From the NCBI GenBank assembly GCA_964543705.1, contig CAZIZP010000018.1, positions 12,107 through 76,106 of the forward strand: a DNA stretch of 64,000 nucleotides, in the 5' to 3' direction. The position numbers and the translations under genes are program-made. Position 1 is the first letter of the stretch, and the number at the start of each line of letters is the position of its first letter. Source of the DNA: an uncultured Chitinophagaceae bacterium (GTDB taxonomy: Bacteria; Bacteroidota; Bacteroidia; Chitinophagales; CAIOSU01). This document shows, in pieces, positions 9,932 through 21,237 of the stretch. Below the pieces are notes generated by a model. The model made no database searches. It saw nothing but the letters and a program-made list of their open reading frames with translations, and had not been told where the DNA came from.

Positions 9932-10225
9932 AAAAATCGTTTTTTGCTGCATTGCTAAAATTTATAATAAAGAAAAAATCGTTTTTTGGTGCATTGTTAA
10001 AACTTGCAACGTATTAAAAATAGGTTTTTGGTACATTCCAAAAATTCGGAATAGGGCAAAAATTGTTTTTTAGTGCATTCCAAAAATTCGGAATAGGGCA
10101 AAAATTGTTTTTTGGTACATTCCAAAAACTCGGAATGGGGTAAAAATCGTTTTTTGTTGCGTTCTGAAAACTCGGAATGGAATAAAAATCGTTTTTCGGT
10201 GTATTCCAAAAACTCGGAATGAGGT
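9932..10225. repeat. Degenerate 42-nt tandem array (7 units plus a decayed flank to ~10260)
   Basis: Units start at 9932, 9974, 10016, 10058, 10100, 10142 and 10184; consensus ~AAAAATCGTTTTTTGGTGCATTCCAAAAATTCGGAATAGGGC; no indels. Confidence 0.9.
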
Positions 10226-10340
10226 AAAAATTAGTTATTGGTTCGTTCTGAATAATAAGAAAAGGGTAGTGGCATACTTGTGGTAATGTGAGGTCTTGTT
10301 AAAAATAATAATTTTGGCAACGGACGATTCGACCAGTTAG

Positions 10341-10418
10341 GAGAAAGGCATTTATTTCTTAGCGTTTAGCGGCAATAACTACAGAAAAACATACAAAGTC
10401 GTTTTGCAATAATTAATG
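10341..10418 (+). repeat. 78-bp direct repeat, copy 2
   Basis: 73/78 identical to 9639-9716. Confidence 0.9.
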
Positions 10419-10439
10419 GTAAAATAATCAATCAGGTTT

Positions 10440-12377
10440 TTACTGTGCTTTTTCATACTCGGCACTGGCCGCTTCCCATTTTTCTATAGCGGCTGTTTGT
10501 TGTTTTTTCAGTGCTTCATATTTCTCGAAAAAATCGGGCTGCTGGGTTAGTTTTTGGTATTGTTCAGCATTTTTCAATTGCTCATCAATGGCAGCAATTT
10601 CTTTATCAATTTTGGCTACTTCTGCCTCTGCTTTTTCAACCGCATTTTTAAGGCGTTTCAGTTCTTTTTCGTCTTCTTTTTTCTTTTCGTATTCGGTATT
10701 ATTTGCTGAAACTTTTTTAATGGTGTTTTTCTGTGCGGCTTCTTTTTCTAATTCTAATGCACGAAAACTTTCCATTTGTTTTTTATCTAAAAACTCATAA
10801 ATATCGCCCAGATGTTCTTTAATTTCTCCGGGTAAAAATTCAAACACTTTATTGGTAAGCCCCTGTAAAAATTCACGGTCGTGCGATACTACTATAATAG
10901 TGCCTTCAAAGGCTTGCATCGCCTGCTTCAACACATCTTTAGCAATCATATCTAAGTGGTTGGTAGGTTCATCGAGAATTAAGAAGTTCAAGGGCTGCAA
11001 TAATAATTTTGCCATTGCCAATCTCGATTTTTCACCACCCGAAAGCACTTTCACTTTTTTATACACATCATCGCCACTGAAAAGAAAAGCACCTAAAAGC
11101 GTTCTTAAATTACCTTCATAATCTGCTGGTGCCGAATGTTCCATTTCTTCCAAAACGGTATTGTTGGGGTGCAGGTTTTCGGTTTGGTGCTGTGCATAGT
11201 AACCCATTAAAACATTATGCCCCAGTTTAATGGTGCCATCATAGGTTAGGTCTCCCGCAATCATGCGCGAAAGGGTAGTTTTACCCATACCGTTTTTACC
11301 TACAAAAGCAATTTTATCGCCACGGTCTATTTCAAAATTGGCGTTATTAATTACATGCTTTTCGCCATAGCTTTTGTTTACGCCTGTTCCTGAAACTACC
11401 GTAACACCTGTTTGTGGCGCTTTCGGAAAACGAATTTTCATGGCTACTACATCTTCTTCCTCAATTTCAATTCTATCTATTTTATCGAGCTTTTTTATGA
11501 GCGATTGCGCAAAAGTGGCTTTCGATGCTTTTGCCCTAAATCGGTCTATATTTCTTTGCAGTTGTGCAATTTCACGCTCTTGGTTTTTTTGAGCGTTTTG
11601 CAACATTTCTTTTCTCTCTGCACGTTGCTCAATATATTTTGAATAAGAGGCGCGGTAGTCATCAATTTCCCCACGCGAAACTTCAATAGTGCGGTTGGTA
11701 ATGGCATCTAAAAATGCTTTATCGTGCGATACCAGCATAATAGCCCCCGGGTATTCTTTCAAAAACGTTTCGAGCCATGTTACCGATTCAATATCTAAGT
11801 GGTTGGTAGGTTCGTCTAATAAAATAAGGTCGGGCTTTTGTAAAAGAATTTTTGCCAGTTCAATACGCATTTGCCAGCCCCCGCTAAATGCCTTTACCGA
11901 TTTACTGAAATCGGCAGTGGTAAAACCTAAACCTCTCAACACTTTTTCAATTTGCTCATCGAGGCTGTAGCCACCTAAATGGCTCAATTGTGTCTCTTTC
12001 TCGCCAAAATCTTCAATCAGCTTCATGTAATCATCGCTCTCGTAATCGGTGCGGGTTTCCAGTTCATGTTGTAAGCGGGCAATTTCTTTTTCCAGTTCCA
12101 GCACTTTGTTAAAAGCGGTGCGGGTTTCTTCGTAAACCGTTTTATCTGAATTGGTAAACAATTCCTGCGGTAGATAACCTATGGTAGTGCCTTTCGGCAT
12201 AGAAACATCAAATTCATCGGCTTTTTGTATGCCAATTAAAATTTTCAGAAGGGTAGATTTTCCGGCACCGTTTCTTCCGGTTAAGCCTATTTTATCGGTT
12301 TCGTTAATTCTGAAGGAAACATCGTTGAACATCGTGCGCCCGCCAAAATGCAGCGCCAGTTTATTAATCATTATCAT
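10440..12377 (-). CDS. ABC-F family ATP-binding protein
   Basis: Two ABC cassettes (GRNGAGKST/FSGGWQMR; GKNGMGKTT/LSGGEKSR), DEPTNHLD, C-terminal coiled coil, no TM segments. Confidence 0.93.
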   Translation of the reverse strand: MIMINKLALHFGGRTMFNDVSFRINETDKIGLTGRNGAGKSTLLKILIGIQKADEFDVSMPKGTTIGYLPQELFTNSDKTVYEETRTAFNKVLELEKEIARLQHELETRTDYESDDYMKLIEDFGEKETQLSHLGGYSLDEQIEKVLRGLGFTTADFSKSVKAFSGGWQMRIELAKILLQKPDLILLDEPTNHLDIESVTWLETFLKEYPGAIMLVSHDKAFLDAITNRTIEVSRGEIDDYRASYSKYIEQRAERKEMLQNAQKNQEREIAQLQRNIDRFRAKASKATFAQSLIKKLDKIDRIEIEEEDVVAMKIRFPKAPQTGVTVVSGTGVNKSYGEKHVINNANFEIDRGDKIAFVGKNGMGKTTLSRMIAGDLTYDGTIKLGHNVLMGYYAQHQTENLHPNNTVLEEMEHSAPADYEGNLRTLLGAFLFSGDDVYKKVKVLSGGEKSRLAMAKLLLQPLNFLILDEPTNHLDMIAKDVLKQAMQAFEGTIIVVSHDREFLQGLTNKVFEFLPGEIKEHLGDIYEFLDKKQMESFRALELEKEAAQKNTIKKVSANNTEYEKKKEDEKELKRLKNAVEKAEAEVAKIDKEIAAIDEQLKNAEQYQKLTQQPDFFEKYEALKKQQTAAIEKWEAASAEYEKAQ

Positions 12378-12462
12378 GGCTGCAAAAATACGTGTATTGT
12401 TACGATTTTGAAGTATGAATATTGAATAGTTGTAATTGAGTTTTAGTATAAGCTGTTTATAC

Positions 12463-13083
12463 TTATATCCATTCGGTAATTATGGCAAAAAACCTTAGCA
12501 ATAATTCGGGCTTAAATAACAAGGGAAATACAAAACCAAATACAGCACCAAAAAAGTGAGCATCGTGTCCAATATTGTCAATATTTTGTTTCGACATGTA
12601 TGCTGAATATGCCAGATACAATGGCCCGAAGATAAACGCAGGTATGCCTATGGGAATGAAAATAATATACAACTTGTTAGTAGGCTCAAATAGTATTGAA
12701 GCAAAAACAACAGCCGATACTGCACCTGATGCACCTAAGCTTGCATAACTATAATTGTCTTTATGCTTTATGAATGAAACCGTTTCTGAAATGGGAATTG
12801 CTAATATATACATGGCTATAAACAAAGCTGTTCCTGCCGGATAAAATACTCCTGAAAAATATTGCTCGGTTATATAACCAAACATCCATAGCACATACAT
12901 GTTCAACAATAAGTGTATCCAACTACCATGAATTAAACCGCTGGTTAAAAATCTGAAATATTGAGAACTATCACGAGCAACGGTGTAAGGCGAGAAAATA
13001 AATTTCCTTAATAAATTTTCATTCTGAAACGCAGCGATGCTTATAATACAAGTGATAATAATTATAATAACGGTTATTGACAT
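12463..13083 (-). CDS. Rhomboid family intramembrane serine protease
   Basis: RFLTSGLIHGSWIHLLLNM, GASGAVSA, AHFFGAVFG; ATG at 13083. Confidence 0.92.
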   Translation of the reverse strand: MSITVIIIIITCIISIAAFQNENLLRKFIFSPYTVARDSSQYFRFLTSGLIHGSWIHLLLNMYVLWMFGYITEQYFSGVFYPAGTALFIAMYILAIPISETVSFIKHKDNYSYASLGASGAVSAVVFASILFEPTNKLYIIFIPIGIPAFIFGPLYLAYSAYMSKQNIDNIGHDAHFFGAVFGFVFPLLFKPELLLRFFAIITEWI

Positions 13084-13214
13084 TGTTTTTTTATTGTGTA
13101 ACAAATGTCATTTAAAAATAGATTTCAACATAACTATATTTTCAACAAATAATTTACTCTATTAACTATACTAATTTAATAGATTATCTATCTTCGCATT
13201 TTAAAATATTTAAA

Positions 13215-15008
13215 ATGGGAATAGAAGCAATTATAACACTGGTAATAATAGTAATTGCAATAGTGTTATTTGCAACCGAAATACTTACCATAGATTTGGT
13301 AGCGTTGCTGATAATGGTGTCGTTGATTCTGTTCGGAATAATTACACCGGAAGAAGGAGTAGAAGGCTTCAGTAATAAGGCTACCATGACCGTGGCATTT
13401 ATGTTTGTTTTAAGTGCAGCTTTATTAAAAACAGGTGCCCTGCAATTTGTTGCCTTCAGATTATCTAAAACCTTCAGAAATAATTTTAATATGGGAATGA
13501 TATTTATGATGCTGCTTATTGCATTTATTTCAGCATTTATAAATAACACGCCCGTAGTGGCTGTGTTTATTCCTGTAATTATTCAAATTGCCAATGCATC
13601 GGGACAAAGCCCTTCTAAAATGCTCATTCCGTTATCGTTTGCATCTATTTTTGGTGGTACCTGTACACTCATAGGTACTTCTACTAACATTGTAGTAAGT
13701 GGTATTGCAGAAAAATCGGGTATAAATGCTATTGAAATGTTTGATATGACGCCTATGGGCTTATTGCTATTAGTTGCCGGAATTGTTTACATGGTGTATT
13801 TCGGAATTAAAATTTTGCCAAAAAGAAACGAACAAAAAGATTTAAAAGACAAATTCAGCATGAGAGGCTATTTGGCCGAAATTGAATTATTAGATAATGC
13901 TGCATCGGTTAATAAAAAAATAATGGATGCTGATATTGTGAAAGAACTGGAAATGGACGTAATTGAAGTAAGAAGAAATAATACCCGATTTACTTTGCCT
14001 GCCGGAGATTTTGTGCTTCAGACACACGATATTTTAAAAGTAAGGTGTGATGTAGAAAAAATTAAATCGTTAAAAGATAAAGCACGGATTGATATTCACC
14101 CCTCATTAAAAATAGGTGATGATGACTTAAAGGGCAGTAATTCCGTTTTAGTTGAAATGGTTATTACTTCTAATTCTGAATTCGATTCTTTAACGCTTCA
14201 GGAAATTGATTTTAGAAGAAGATTTAGAGGAGTGCCTTTGGCGGTAAGGCAAAGAGAAGAAGTAGTGCACGAAAATTTGTATAAAGTAAAATTAAAAGCA
14301 GGCGATGTTATTCTTGCTGAAGTAAAAGAACATTATGTTAAAGAATTGAAACGATTGGAGAAAGAGCAAGATGCCCCATTTGTTTTGCTTTCTGAAGATG
14401 TAATTGTAGATTTTAATAAAAAGCAATTTGCTATTGTTTTGTCGGTAATATTAGGAATAGTGGTGCTTGCTACACTAAATATTTTAGATATTATGGTGGG
14501 CACTATTGCAGGAGTTTCGCTACTGGTATTATTAAAAACACTAAGTATGAAAGAAGCCTATGAAGCCATTAACTGGAAAGTAGTTTTTCTGCTTGCAGGT
14601 GCACTTAGCATAGGCACAGCTATGAAAAATACACAACTAGACCTGTTTATTGCCGATGGTTTAATAAGTAATTTAGGAGGGTGGGGGCCTTTGGTAATTA
14701 TTTCCGGATTGTATTTGATAACTTCTTTAATAACTGAGATAATGTCAAATACTGCTACCGCAGCACTTTTAACACCTATTGCTATTGCTACCGCACATAA
14801 CTTAAATTTAAACCCAGAGCCATTTATAATGGCGGTTGCTTTTGCGGCTTCAGCAAGCTTTATGACTCCTGTTGGCTACCAAACCAATACAATGGTATAT
14901 AGTGCGGGGCAGTATAAGTTTTTAGATTTTATTAAAGTAGGCACAGCACTCAATATTTTATTCTGGATATTGGCATCATTACTAATTCCTGTTATTTATC
15001 CATTTTAG
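13215..15008 (+). CDS. SLC13/citrate transporter family permease with TrkA-C domains
   Basis: [41 protein letters not shown]; central soluble region. Confidence 0.9.
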   Translation: MGIEAIITLVIIVIAIVLFATEILTIDLVALLIMVSLILFGIITPEEGVEGFSNKATMTVAFMFVLSAALLKTGALQFVAFRLSKTFRNNFNMGMIFMMLLIAFISAFINNTPVVAVFIPVIIQIANASGQSPSKMLIPLSFASIFGGTCTLIGTSTNIVVSGIAEKSGINAIEMFDMTPMGLLLLVAGIVYMVYFGIKILPKRNEQKDLKDKFSMRGYLAEIELLDNAASVNKKIMDADIVKELEMDVIEVRRNNTRFTLPAGDFVLQTHDILKVRCDVEKIKSLKDKARIDIHPSLKIGDDDLKGSNSVLVEMVITSNSEFDSLTLQEIDFRRRFRGVPLAVRQREEVVHENLYKVKLKAGDVILAEVKEHYVKELKRLEKEQDAPFVLLSEDVIVDFNKKQFAIVLSVILGIVVLATLNILDIMVGTIAGVSLLVLLKTLSMKEAYEAINWKVVFLLAGALSIGTAMKNTQLDLFIADGLISNLGGWGPLVIISGLYLITSLITEIMSNTATAALLTPIAIATAHNLNLNPEPFIMAVAFAASASFMTPVGYQTNTMVYSAGQYKFLDFIKVGTALNILFWILASLLIPVIYPF

Positions 15009-15011
15009 TTT

Positions 15012-15938
15012 TCAGAATACAGAAACAAAATGGCAATGTGTTATTGCTACTTCATCGACCGGCATGTTTTTATATTTTTCAGAAAGGTTAACAGTGTTTA
15101 ATATGTTAATGTCACCAGGCCTTAAATTTTCTTCTGAAACAGGAATATTTAGCTTGCTATATAAATCTTTGTATTCATTATATCTTAACCTGCTTTGCGG
15201 TTGAATAGCATTATCGATTAGTTGCCACTGTGAATCGGAAAATTTCAGAAAATTATAGATGTTAATGCTTTTATCGAAATGGGCAAAATGGTCGCTCATA
15301 TCAATAAAATGCGATTGAATGCCTTTATTCTTTTTTACTATGCGATTAAATTCTTTTAAAATGCCCGATAATATTTCAGGATAAATATGTTCAAAGGTAT
15401 TGTTAGAATTTACTAAATCAATTGAATTTTCTTTTAAAGAAAGTTTTCTGGCGTCTTCTATAAGATACTCCATGTTTAATTGTGAAATAATTTCTTCAAA
15501 AGAGTATTTGTCATAATTTTTATGAAGGGCTAGAAGTACTAAGTATCTTTCACTTTGCAGCGGTAATTTTTCTTGAAGAATTTTGTTATTATAGGCCTCT
15601 ATAAATCGGTTAATAGTGGTTTTAAGTCGTTCTTTATTGGTGAGCATTGTAATATCTACCGTGTAAGTTTTTTTTACTCCGCATAAAAAAAAACTAATGG
15701 GCACAACCGGATACCAGCCGGTGCCTAATTCAAGACAAGTTTCAGGAATTGCTTTTTCAGTATGTTTTTTATAATAATGTAAATGTTCTTGTGCATGTTG
15801 AAGGCGATCGAAAAAATAGTCGTCATTTAAATAAACCCCTTTAGTTACATGCTTCTGAAAAAAGTAATTTATACGATTGCTGAAAGGTAAGTAGGAAATG
15901 GTTTTTTGTACAATTGCTTTTAAAATCCACTTTTTCAT
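15012..15938 (-). CDS. Class I SAM-dependent methyltransferase
   Basis: LELGTGW motif I; DLVNSNNTFEHI motif. Confidence 0.75.
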   Translation of the reverse strand: MKKWILKAIVQKTISYLPFSNRINYFFQKHVTKGVYLNDDYFFDRLQHAQEHLHYYKKHTEKAIPETCLELGTGWYPVVPISFFLCGVKKTYTVDITMLTNKERLKTTINRFIEAYNNKILQEKLPLQSERYLVLLALHKNYDKYSFEEIISQLNMEYLIEDARKLSLKENSIDLVNSNNTFEHIYPEILSGILKEFNRIVKKNKGIQSHFIDMSDHFAHFDKSINIYNFLKFSDSQWQLIDNAIQPQSRLRYNEYKDLYSKLNIPVSEENLRPGDINILNTVNLSEKYKNMPVDEVAITHCHFVSVF

Positions 15939-16116
15939 GGTGCTGTATGGTAATGCTGCTGAATTAAAGCCAAAAATCGTACAAATAATTTAATATGCTT
16001 TTATGCTGCTAATTTTAAATGTTTAGTTGTAAAAGCTAATCGAAAATTTAGAAGGTTTTTCTTAAAATGAAACAGTGGCTCAGTAACACTAAATAACATT
16101 GCTGATGCTAATTTAT

Positions 16117-16542
16117 TTATGCTGTTTTTATTCTTAAGGTGTTCCCTGAAACTTCAACCGGAAAACTTTGTAAATCGGTTTTTGCAGGTCCATTAAGTAC
16201 TTTTCCTTCTGTGGCAGTAAAGCGGCTGCCATGCAATGGGCATTTCAGTTCATTTCCTTCTACTTTTAATCCGGCACCTTTATGGGTACACTTCATTTTA
16301 AAAGCTTTGTAATTATCGTTTTCCTTAATTACAAAAACATTGTCGCTATAATTTGCTGATTTAATTACCTGAGCATTTTGTTCTTTGAAAAAGTCAACAG
16401 GAACAATAAGATAGCCATTTTCATAACTTGCAGTTAGGGCATTTTTAGCTGTTGAGCAACTTTCAAGTGTAAGAAAACTAGTGCTAATAAATGCTGCTCC
16501 GCAAGCCAAGCACGATTGTTCTAAAAAATCTCTTCTCTTCAT
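16117..16542 (-). CDS. Rieske 2Fe-2S domain protein with Tat-like leader
   Basis: MKRRDFL; CTHKG and CPLHGSRF. Confidence 0.9.
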   Translation of the reverse strand: MKRRDFLEQSCLACGAAFISTSFLTLESCSTAKNALTASYENGYLIVPVDFFKEQNAQVIKSANYSDNVFVIKENDNYKAFKMKCTHKGAGLKVEGNELKCPLHGSRFTATEGKVLNGPAKTDLQSFPVEVSGNTLRIKTA

Positions 16543-16575
16543 AATTGTTTATTTCTGAAAAATTAATTGCAGTTA

Positions 16576-17598
16576 TTATTTTCCCAATCTAAACCTTGAT
16601 TTTTTCTTAGGCTTTTCTTGTTTTTCTGTAGGTTCTTCTTCTGTTTGAATGGTTTCAAAAACACTCATTTTATCAAACTTTTCTATTCTTTTAATAATGC
16701 GCTCTTCTGCTGTTTGCTTATTTAATTCAGCAAGTGTATTAATTAAAGTTTCTTTAAGTGTAGTAGCCATTTCTTCGGGTGCAGCATGGGCTCCACCAAC
16801 GGGTTCCGAAATTATTTCATCTATTAAACCAAAATTAAGCATGTCTTGTGCTGTAAGTTTTAATGCTTCAGCAGCTTTTTCTTTAAAATCCCAACTACGC
16901 CATAATATAGATGAGCATGATTCAGGAGAAATAACTGAATACCAGGTGTTTTCAAGCATCATTACTTTGTCGCCTATTCCAATGCCTAATGCCCCGCCTG
17001 AAGCACCTTCGCCTATAACTACACATATAACCGGCACTTTCAGCTTTGTCATTTCGAATAGATTTCGAGCAATTGCTTCAGCTTGTCCGCGCTCTTCTGC
17101 TTCTATACCCGGATATGCACCTGGCGTGTCAATAAAAGTAATTATGGGCTTATTAAATTTTTCTGCAAGTTTCATTAATCTTAATGCTTTGCGATAGCCT
17201 TCAGGATTAGCCATTCCGAAATTTCTGTATTGGCGCATTTTTAAGTTTATGCCTTTCTGGTGGCCAATAAACATAACTGTTTCTCCGGCAAGTGAAGCAA
17301 AGCCGCCTACTATTGCTTTATCATCGCCAAACAAACGGTCGCCATGTTGTTCAATAAATTTTTCAGCAATTTGTGAAATGTAAAATAATGAATAAGGTCT
17401 TTCAGGATGTCTTGATATTTGAACTTTCTGCCAACCGGTTAAACTGGTGTAAACTTCTTTTTTCTTATCAAGAATTTTTAATTCCAATTCGGTTACAGCC
17501 TTGCTTACATCAACATTGCCTTTTTCACCAACCTGTTTAAGGTTTTCAAGTTGTTCATATAGTTCGGCAATAGGTTTTTCGAAATCTAGAAATACCAT
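16576..17598 (-). CDS. accA: Acetyl-CoA carboxylase carboxyltransferase alpha subunit
   Basis: [44 protein letters not shown]. Confidence 0.97.
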   Translation of the reverse strand: MVFLDFEKPIAELYEQLENLKQVGEKGNVDVSKAVTELELKILDKKKEVYTSLTGWQKVQISRHPERPYSLFYISQIAEKFIEQHGDRLFGDDKAIVGGFASLAGETVMFIGHQKGINLKMRQYRNFGMANPEGYRKALRLMKLAEKFNKPIITFIDTPGAYPGIEAEERGQAEAIARNLFEMTKLKVPVICVVIGEGASGGALGIGIGDKVMMLENTWYSVISPESCSSILWRSWDFKEKAAEALKLTAQDMLNFGLIDEIISEPVGGAHAAPEEMATTLKETLINTLAELNKQTAEERIIKRIEKFDKMSVFETIQTEEEPTEKQEKPKKKSRFRLGK

Positions 17599-17679
17599 AA
17601 TTATAATGGCTGTTTAATGAAACGCAAATTTAGTTTTTTAAATTTTTTGAAAACTATTTACTTAGAAAGAAAAACCTTT

Positions 17680-17687
17680 TATATTTG
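17680..17687 (+). promoter_or_regulatory. -7 promoter element for tRNA-Asp
   Basis: TATATTTG(CAC), with TTTG about 35 nt upstream. Confidence 0.65.
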
Positions 17688-17706
17688 CACTCTCATTTCC
17701 AACCGA

Positions 17707-17780
17707 GGTTCGGTAGTTCAGTTGGTTAGAATGCCTGCCTGTCACGCAGGAGGTCGCGGGTTCGAGCCCCGTCCGAACCG
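17707..17780 (+). tRNA. tRNA-Asp(GTC)
   Basis: GGTTCGG/CCGAACC acceptor stem, AGTTGGTTAGA D-loop, CT-GTC-AC anticodon loop, GGTTCGAG T-loop, G73; CCA not encoded. Confidence 0.97.
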
Positions 17781-17788
17781 CTCGGAAT

Positions 17789-17822
17789 AAAGCCCTGATA
17801 GTTTTCTGTCAGGGTTTTTTAT
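17789..17822 (+). terminator. Intrinsic terminator after tRNA-Asp
   Basis: AAAGCCCTGA...TCAGGGTTTTTTT. Confidence 0.75.
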
Positions 17823-17927
17823 TTTGTGTCTATTTCATTTAGTAAAATATACTTTACTGTTTAGCTTGTGCGATTCATGCTGTGTAATTTATAATTGTCA
17901 AATTAAGGTCATTTCCTTAATACATTG

Positions 17928-17935
17928 TATTTTTG
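17928..17935 (+). promoter_or_regulatory. -7 promoter element for aconitase
   Basis: TATTTTTG about 50 nt before the ATG. Confidence 0.55.
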
Positions 17936-17986
17936 CGCTCTTAATTATCAAAATTATTTTCAAACCCATAAAAACTTTTTTACATC

Positions 17987-20254
17987 ATGGCATTCGATAT
18001 TGAAATGATTAAGAAGGTATATGCTAATTTCCCTTCTCGTGTTGCTAAAGCCCGCGAAGTAGTTGGCAAACCTTTAACCCTTTCAGAAAAAATTTTATAC
18101 ACACACCTTTGGGATGGCAATGCTACTACCGCTTATGAAAGGGGTAAGTCTTATGTAGATTTTGCTCCAGACAGAGTAGCCATGCAAGATGCTACTGCAC
18201 AAATGGCGTTGTTGCAGTTTATGCAAGCCGGAAGAGCTAAAGTGGCAGTACCTTCTACAGTGCATTGCGACCACTTGATTACTGCTAAAACAGGTGCTGT
18301 TGAAGATTTAGATTTTGCCAATAAAGAAAGTAAAGAGGTTTACGATTTCTTAGCTTCAGTTTCTAATAAATATGGTATTGGTTTTTGGAAGCCGGGTGCA
18401 GGTATTATTCACCAAGTAGTTTTAGAAAACTATGCATTTCCTGGCGGAATGATGATTGGTACCGATTCGCATACAGTTAATGCTGGTGGCTTAGGTATGT
18501 TGGCTATTGGTGTAGGTGGTGCCGATGCTTGCGATGTAATGGCGGGCTTACCTTGGGAACTAAAATTTCCTAAATTAATTGGCGTAAAACTAACCGGAAA
18601 ATTAAATGGTTGGGCTGCGCCTAAAGATGTTATTTTAAAAGTAGCGGGAATATTAACCGTTAAAGGTGGTACAGGTGCTATTGTTGAATATTTTGGTGAA
18701 GGTGCTACTTCAATGAGCTGTACCGGTAAAGGCACTATTTGTAATATGGGTGCTGAAATTGGTGCAACCACTTCAACTTTCGGTTATGATGAAAGCATGA
18801 GCCGTTACTTGGCTTCTACAGGCAGGGCCGATGTGGCTGCTTTAGCCGATGGTATTAAAGAACATTTAACTGCCGATGCAGAAGTGTATGCAAATCCTGA
18901 AAAATATTTCGATCAGGTAATTGAAATTAACCTTTCTGAATTAGAGCCACACTTGAACGGGCCGTTCACACCTGATTTGGCAACACCTATTTCTAAAATG
19001 AAAGAAGAAGCCGCTAAAAATGGCTGGCCTACAAAAGTTGAAGTAGGTTTAATTGGTAGCTGTACCAATTCTTCTTATGAAGATATTTCTCGTGCCGTTT
19101 CTTTAGCAAAACAAGTTGCTGAAAAGAATTTAAAAACTAAAGCTGAATTCACTATTACTCCGGGTTCTGAACAAGTGCGCTTCACCATTGAAAGAGACGG
19201 TTTCTTAGAAACTTTCGATAAAATTGGCGCTACGGTGTTTGCTAATGCTTGCGGACCTTGTATTGGTATGTGGGCAAGAGTGGGCGCTGAAAAAGCTGAA
19301 AAAAATACTATCGTTCACTCTTTCAACAGAAACTTTGCAAAGCGTGCCGATGGTAACCCGAACACTTATGCGTTTGTAGCTTCACCTGAATTAACTACAG
19401 CATTGGCTATTGCAGGCGACTTAACTTTCAATCCTATTACCGATACTTTAACTAACGAAAATGGCGAGCAGGTAAAATTAGACCCGCCAACCGGAAACGA
19501 ATTGCCACCGAAAGGTTTTGCTGTTGAAGATGCCGGCTACCAAGCACCAGCTGAAGATGGCAGCAGCTTAGTAGTAAATGTTTCGCCAACTTCAGATCGT
19601 TTGCAATTATTAGATCCATTTGCCGCTTGGGAAGGAACCGATTTGAAAGGTTTAAAACTATTAATTAAAGCTAAAGGCAAGTGTACTACCGACCATATTT
19701 CTATGGCAGGGCCTTGGTTGAAATATCGCGGACACTTAGATAATATTTCTAACAACTTATTAATTGGTGCCGTAAACTACTTTAACGAGAAAACTAACTA
19801 CGTTAAAAATCAGTTAGATGGCAGCTTTAACGAAGTGCCTAAAGTACAACGCGCTTACAAAGCAGCCGGTGTTGGTTCTATTGTAGTTGGCGATGAAAAC
19901 TATGGTGAAGGCTCATCTCGCGAACACGCTGCTATGGAACCTCGTCATTTAGGTGTGCGTGCAGTATTGGTAAAATCTTTTGCTCGTATTCACGAAACCA
20001 ACCTGAAAAAACAAGGTATGTTGGCGTTGACTTTTGTAAATAAAGAAGATTACAACAAAATTCAGGAAGATGATACCATTGATATTTTAGGTTTAACTGA
20101 ATTTTCAGCAGGCAAAAACCTTACAATTCAGTTAACACATAAAGATGGCACTGTTGAAAGCTTTGAAGTAGCACATACTTATAACGACCAGCAAATAGAG
20201 TGGTTTAAAGCAGGTGGTGCATTAAACATCATCAGAAAATCGCAAACTGCTTAA
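17987..20254 (+). CDS. acnA: Aconitate hydratase (mitochondrial-like type)
   Basis: [49 protein letters not shown]. Confidence 0.95.
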   Translation: MAFDIEMIKKVYANFPSRVAKAREVVGKPLTLSEKILYTHLWDGNATTAYERGKSYVDFAPDRVAMQDATAQMALLQFMQAGRAKVAVPSTVHCDHLITAKTGAVEDLDFANKESKEVYDFLASVSNKYGIGFWKPGAGIIHQVVLENYAFPGGMMIGTDSHTVNAGGLGMLAIGVGGADACDVMAGLPWELKFPKLIGVKLTGKLNGWAAPKDVILKVAGILTVKGGTGAIVEYFGEGATSMSCTGKGTICNMGAEIGATTSTFGYDESMSRYLASTGRADVAALADGIKEHLTADAEVYANPEKYFDQVIEINLSELEPHLNGPFTPDLATPISKMKEEAAKNGWPTKVEVGLIGSCTNSSYEDISRAVSLAKQVAEKNLKTKAEFTITPGSEQVRFTIERDGFLETFDKIGATVFANACGPCIGMWARVGAEKAEKNTIVHSFNRNFAKRADGNPNTYAFVASPELTTALAIAGDLTFNPITDTLTNENGEQVKLDPPTGNELPPKGFAVEDAGYQAPAEDGSSLVVNVSPTSDRLQLLDPFAAWEGTDLKGLKLLIKAKGKCTTDHISMAGPWLKYRGHLDNISNNLLIGAVNYFNEKTNYVKNQLDGSFNEVPKVQRAYKAAGVGSIVVGDENYGEGSSREHAAMEPRHLGVRAVLVKSFARIHETNLKKQGMLALTFVNKEDYNKIQEDDTIDILGLTEFSAGKNLTIQLTHKDGTVESFEVAHTYNDQQIEWFKAGGALNIIRKSQTA

Positions 20255-20280
20255 TTTTTTTTGACTGAAATACTTATAAC

Positions 20281-20315
20281 AAAAGCCCTAGCTATTTAGC
20301 TGGGGCTTTTTTTTT
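20281..20315 (+). terminator. Intrinsic terminator after aconitase
   Basis: AAAAGCCCTAGC-TATTTA-GCTGGGGCTTTTTTTTT. Confidence 0.8.
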
Positions 20316-20420
20316 ATCATATTGATAAAAATCATTTTCAATGGCAATTTTTGTCATAATACCATCACATAATAACAATCAACTTTGTCTTATAATTTTT
20401 TAAACTAAAAATCTCAACAC

Positions 20421-21092
20421 ATGAAAAAAACAATTTTATTCATTTTGCTGGGCGTTATAATACTTGGCAATGGTGCATGTAAAAAAGACAAAAACAACGG
20501 TCCTAATGATTTAGGTGGCGAAACAGACATCCCTTTAACTCAAGTAGGAAACGAATCATCAGTATATTTAACAATTGGTACTGGTGGGTCGTCTGTAAAC
20601 GGAACTATGACCGTTAAGAAAAATGAAGATGGTGTAGTTACTTATGAACTTATAGCTGATTTAACGGGAAATCCTGATTCTGCTTTAATTGCTACTTTGG
20701 TACCGGCAGAATATAAAGATAGTCAAGGTCGAATTGTTGGTGAGTTTAAATTTAAAATTACTTCAGAAGGCATTCAGGATTATTTCCAAAGCGATAAGCC
20801 TTGGACTATAGTAAAATATGACGATGAAGTTGGCGACTCATATTCAATAACTACGGTTAATGGTGATGTATTAACAAGAACCGTTGTTGAGAAAACGGGT
20901 TTGGATGAATGGCCTTTGGGCTTCTTTAATATAAAAACCATTGCTGTAGAACAACAAGTGCCCGAAAGCGATGAATTACTGGAAAAAATTACATATCGTG
21001 CCAATCATCGTTTTGGGTTGGTTTACATTAAAGCAGATTTAAAAAATGGCCAAACAGTTGAGGCCGATATAGTACCTTGGTTTTTGCTGTAA
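20421..21092 (+). CDS. Hypothetical lipoprotein
   Basis: Lipobox-like LGNGAC followed by KKD. Confidence 0.75.
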   Translation: MKKTILFILLGVIILGNGACKKDKNNGPNDLGGETDIPLTQVGNESSVYLTIGTGGSSVNGTMTVKKNEDGVVTYELIADLTGNPDSALIATLVPAEYKDSQGRIVGEFKFKITSEGIQDYFQSDKPWTIVKYDDEVGDSYSITTVNGDVLTRTVVEKTGLDEWPLGFFNIKTIAVEQQVPESDELLEKITYRANHRFGLVYIKADLKNGQTVEADIVPWFLL

Positions 21093-21237
21093 TTTATTTG
21101 TAGATATTTTGAAGCCTATGAGATTTTATTGAAATCTTATAGGTTTTTCTTTTTTCGAAACTTGAGCAGGTAAAAACTATTTAAAAAAAAAGAAATTCTG
21201 AAAAAAAATACTAAGCTTAAATAACACAAATTCGAAA

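Noticed and set aside
9997-10209. 70-aa minus-strand ORF with 14-aa repeats
   Set aside because: By-product of the 42-nt array; no supporting gene context.
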